Assembly (NCBI GenBank): GCA_002269645.1
Contig: NIVC01000690.1
Coordinates: 62,001 to 126,000, forward strand
Origin: Macrostomum lignano
Taxonomy: Eukaryota
DNA: 64,000 nucleotides
Direction: 5' to 3'
A program made the position numbers and the translations under genes. The notes below the pieces were generated by a model. That model searched no databases and was not told where the DNA came from. It saw nothing but the letters and a program-made list of their open reading frames with translations. Positions 63,700-64,000 of this stretch are shown here, piece after piece; the stretch's first letter is position 1, and each line of letters opens with the position of its first letter.

Positions 63700-64000
63700 A
63701 GGGGAGAGAAAAGGGAGAGGAAGGGAGAGAGGAAGGGAGAGGAAAGGAGAGGAAAGGAGAGGAAAGGAGAGGAAAGGAGAGAGGAAGGGAGAGGAAGGGA
63801 GAGAGGAAGGGAGAGGAAGGGAGAGAAAGGGAGAGGAAGGGAGAGGAAGGGAGAGAAAGGGAGATGAAGGGAGAGGAATGGAGAGAAAGGGAGAGAAAGG
63901 GAGATGAAGGGAGAGGAATGGAGAGGAAGGGAGAGGAAGGGAGATGAAGGGAGAGAAATGGAGAGAAATGGAGAGAAAGGGAGAGAAAGGGAGATGAAGG
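63700..64000. repeat. About 10-bp GA-rich repeat (GGGAGAGGAA), runs off the right edge
   Basis: Read directly from the sequence. Confidence 0.9.

Overview
This is eukaryotic (animal) genomic DNA with GC-rich exons and AT-rich introns, and close to half of it is micro- and minisatellite. The style (long TCTG/TCTA tracts, a satellite in most introns) suggests a free-living flatworm such as Macrostomum; that is an inference, not a database result. I reconstructed eight genes by hand: (1) a 2-exon secreted 6-Cys peptide resembling eclosion hormone; (2) intronless TMEM50; (3) MTRFR/C12orf65, whose first exon has no ATG and starts in frame at a strong splice acceptor, fitting initiation at the AUG of a flatworm spliced leader; (4) an 8-exon, 964-aa protein with eight EF-hand-like modules (minus strand); (5) a CENP-B/psq-type HTH protein with polyQ and a possible BEN-like C-terminus (minus strand); (6) a 6-exon long-chain acyl-CoA synthetase with a hidden alternative first exon that would swap the TM anchor for a myristoylation motif; (7) a CCDC62-like gene with a 1-nt frameshift; (8) an intronless class A GPCR with an (HQQ)13 insert. 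There is also an unassigned coding-like exon at 47 kb, a 5'-truncated RNase H-containing LINE inserted in a 55-bp satellite, and a CORE-SINE-like fragment. Most long ORFs in the supplied track are artefacts of tandem repeats. No rRNA, tRNA or CRISPR was found.
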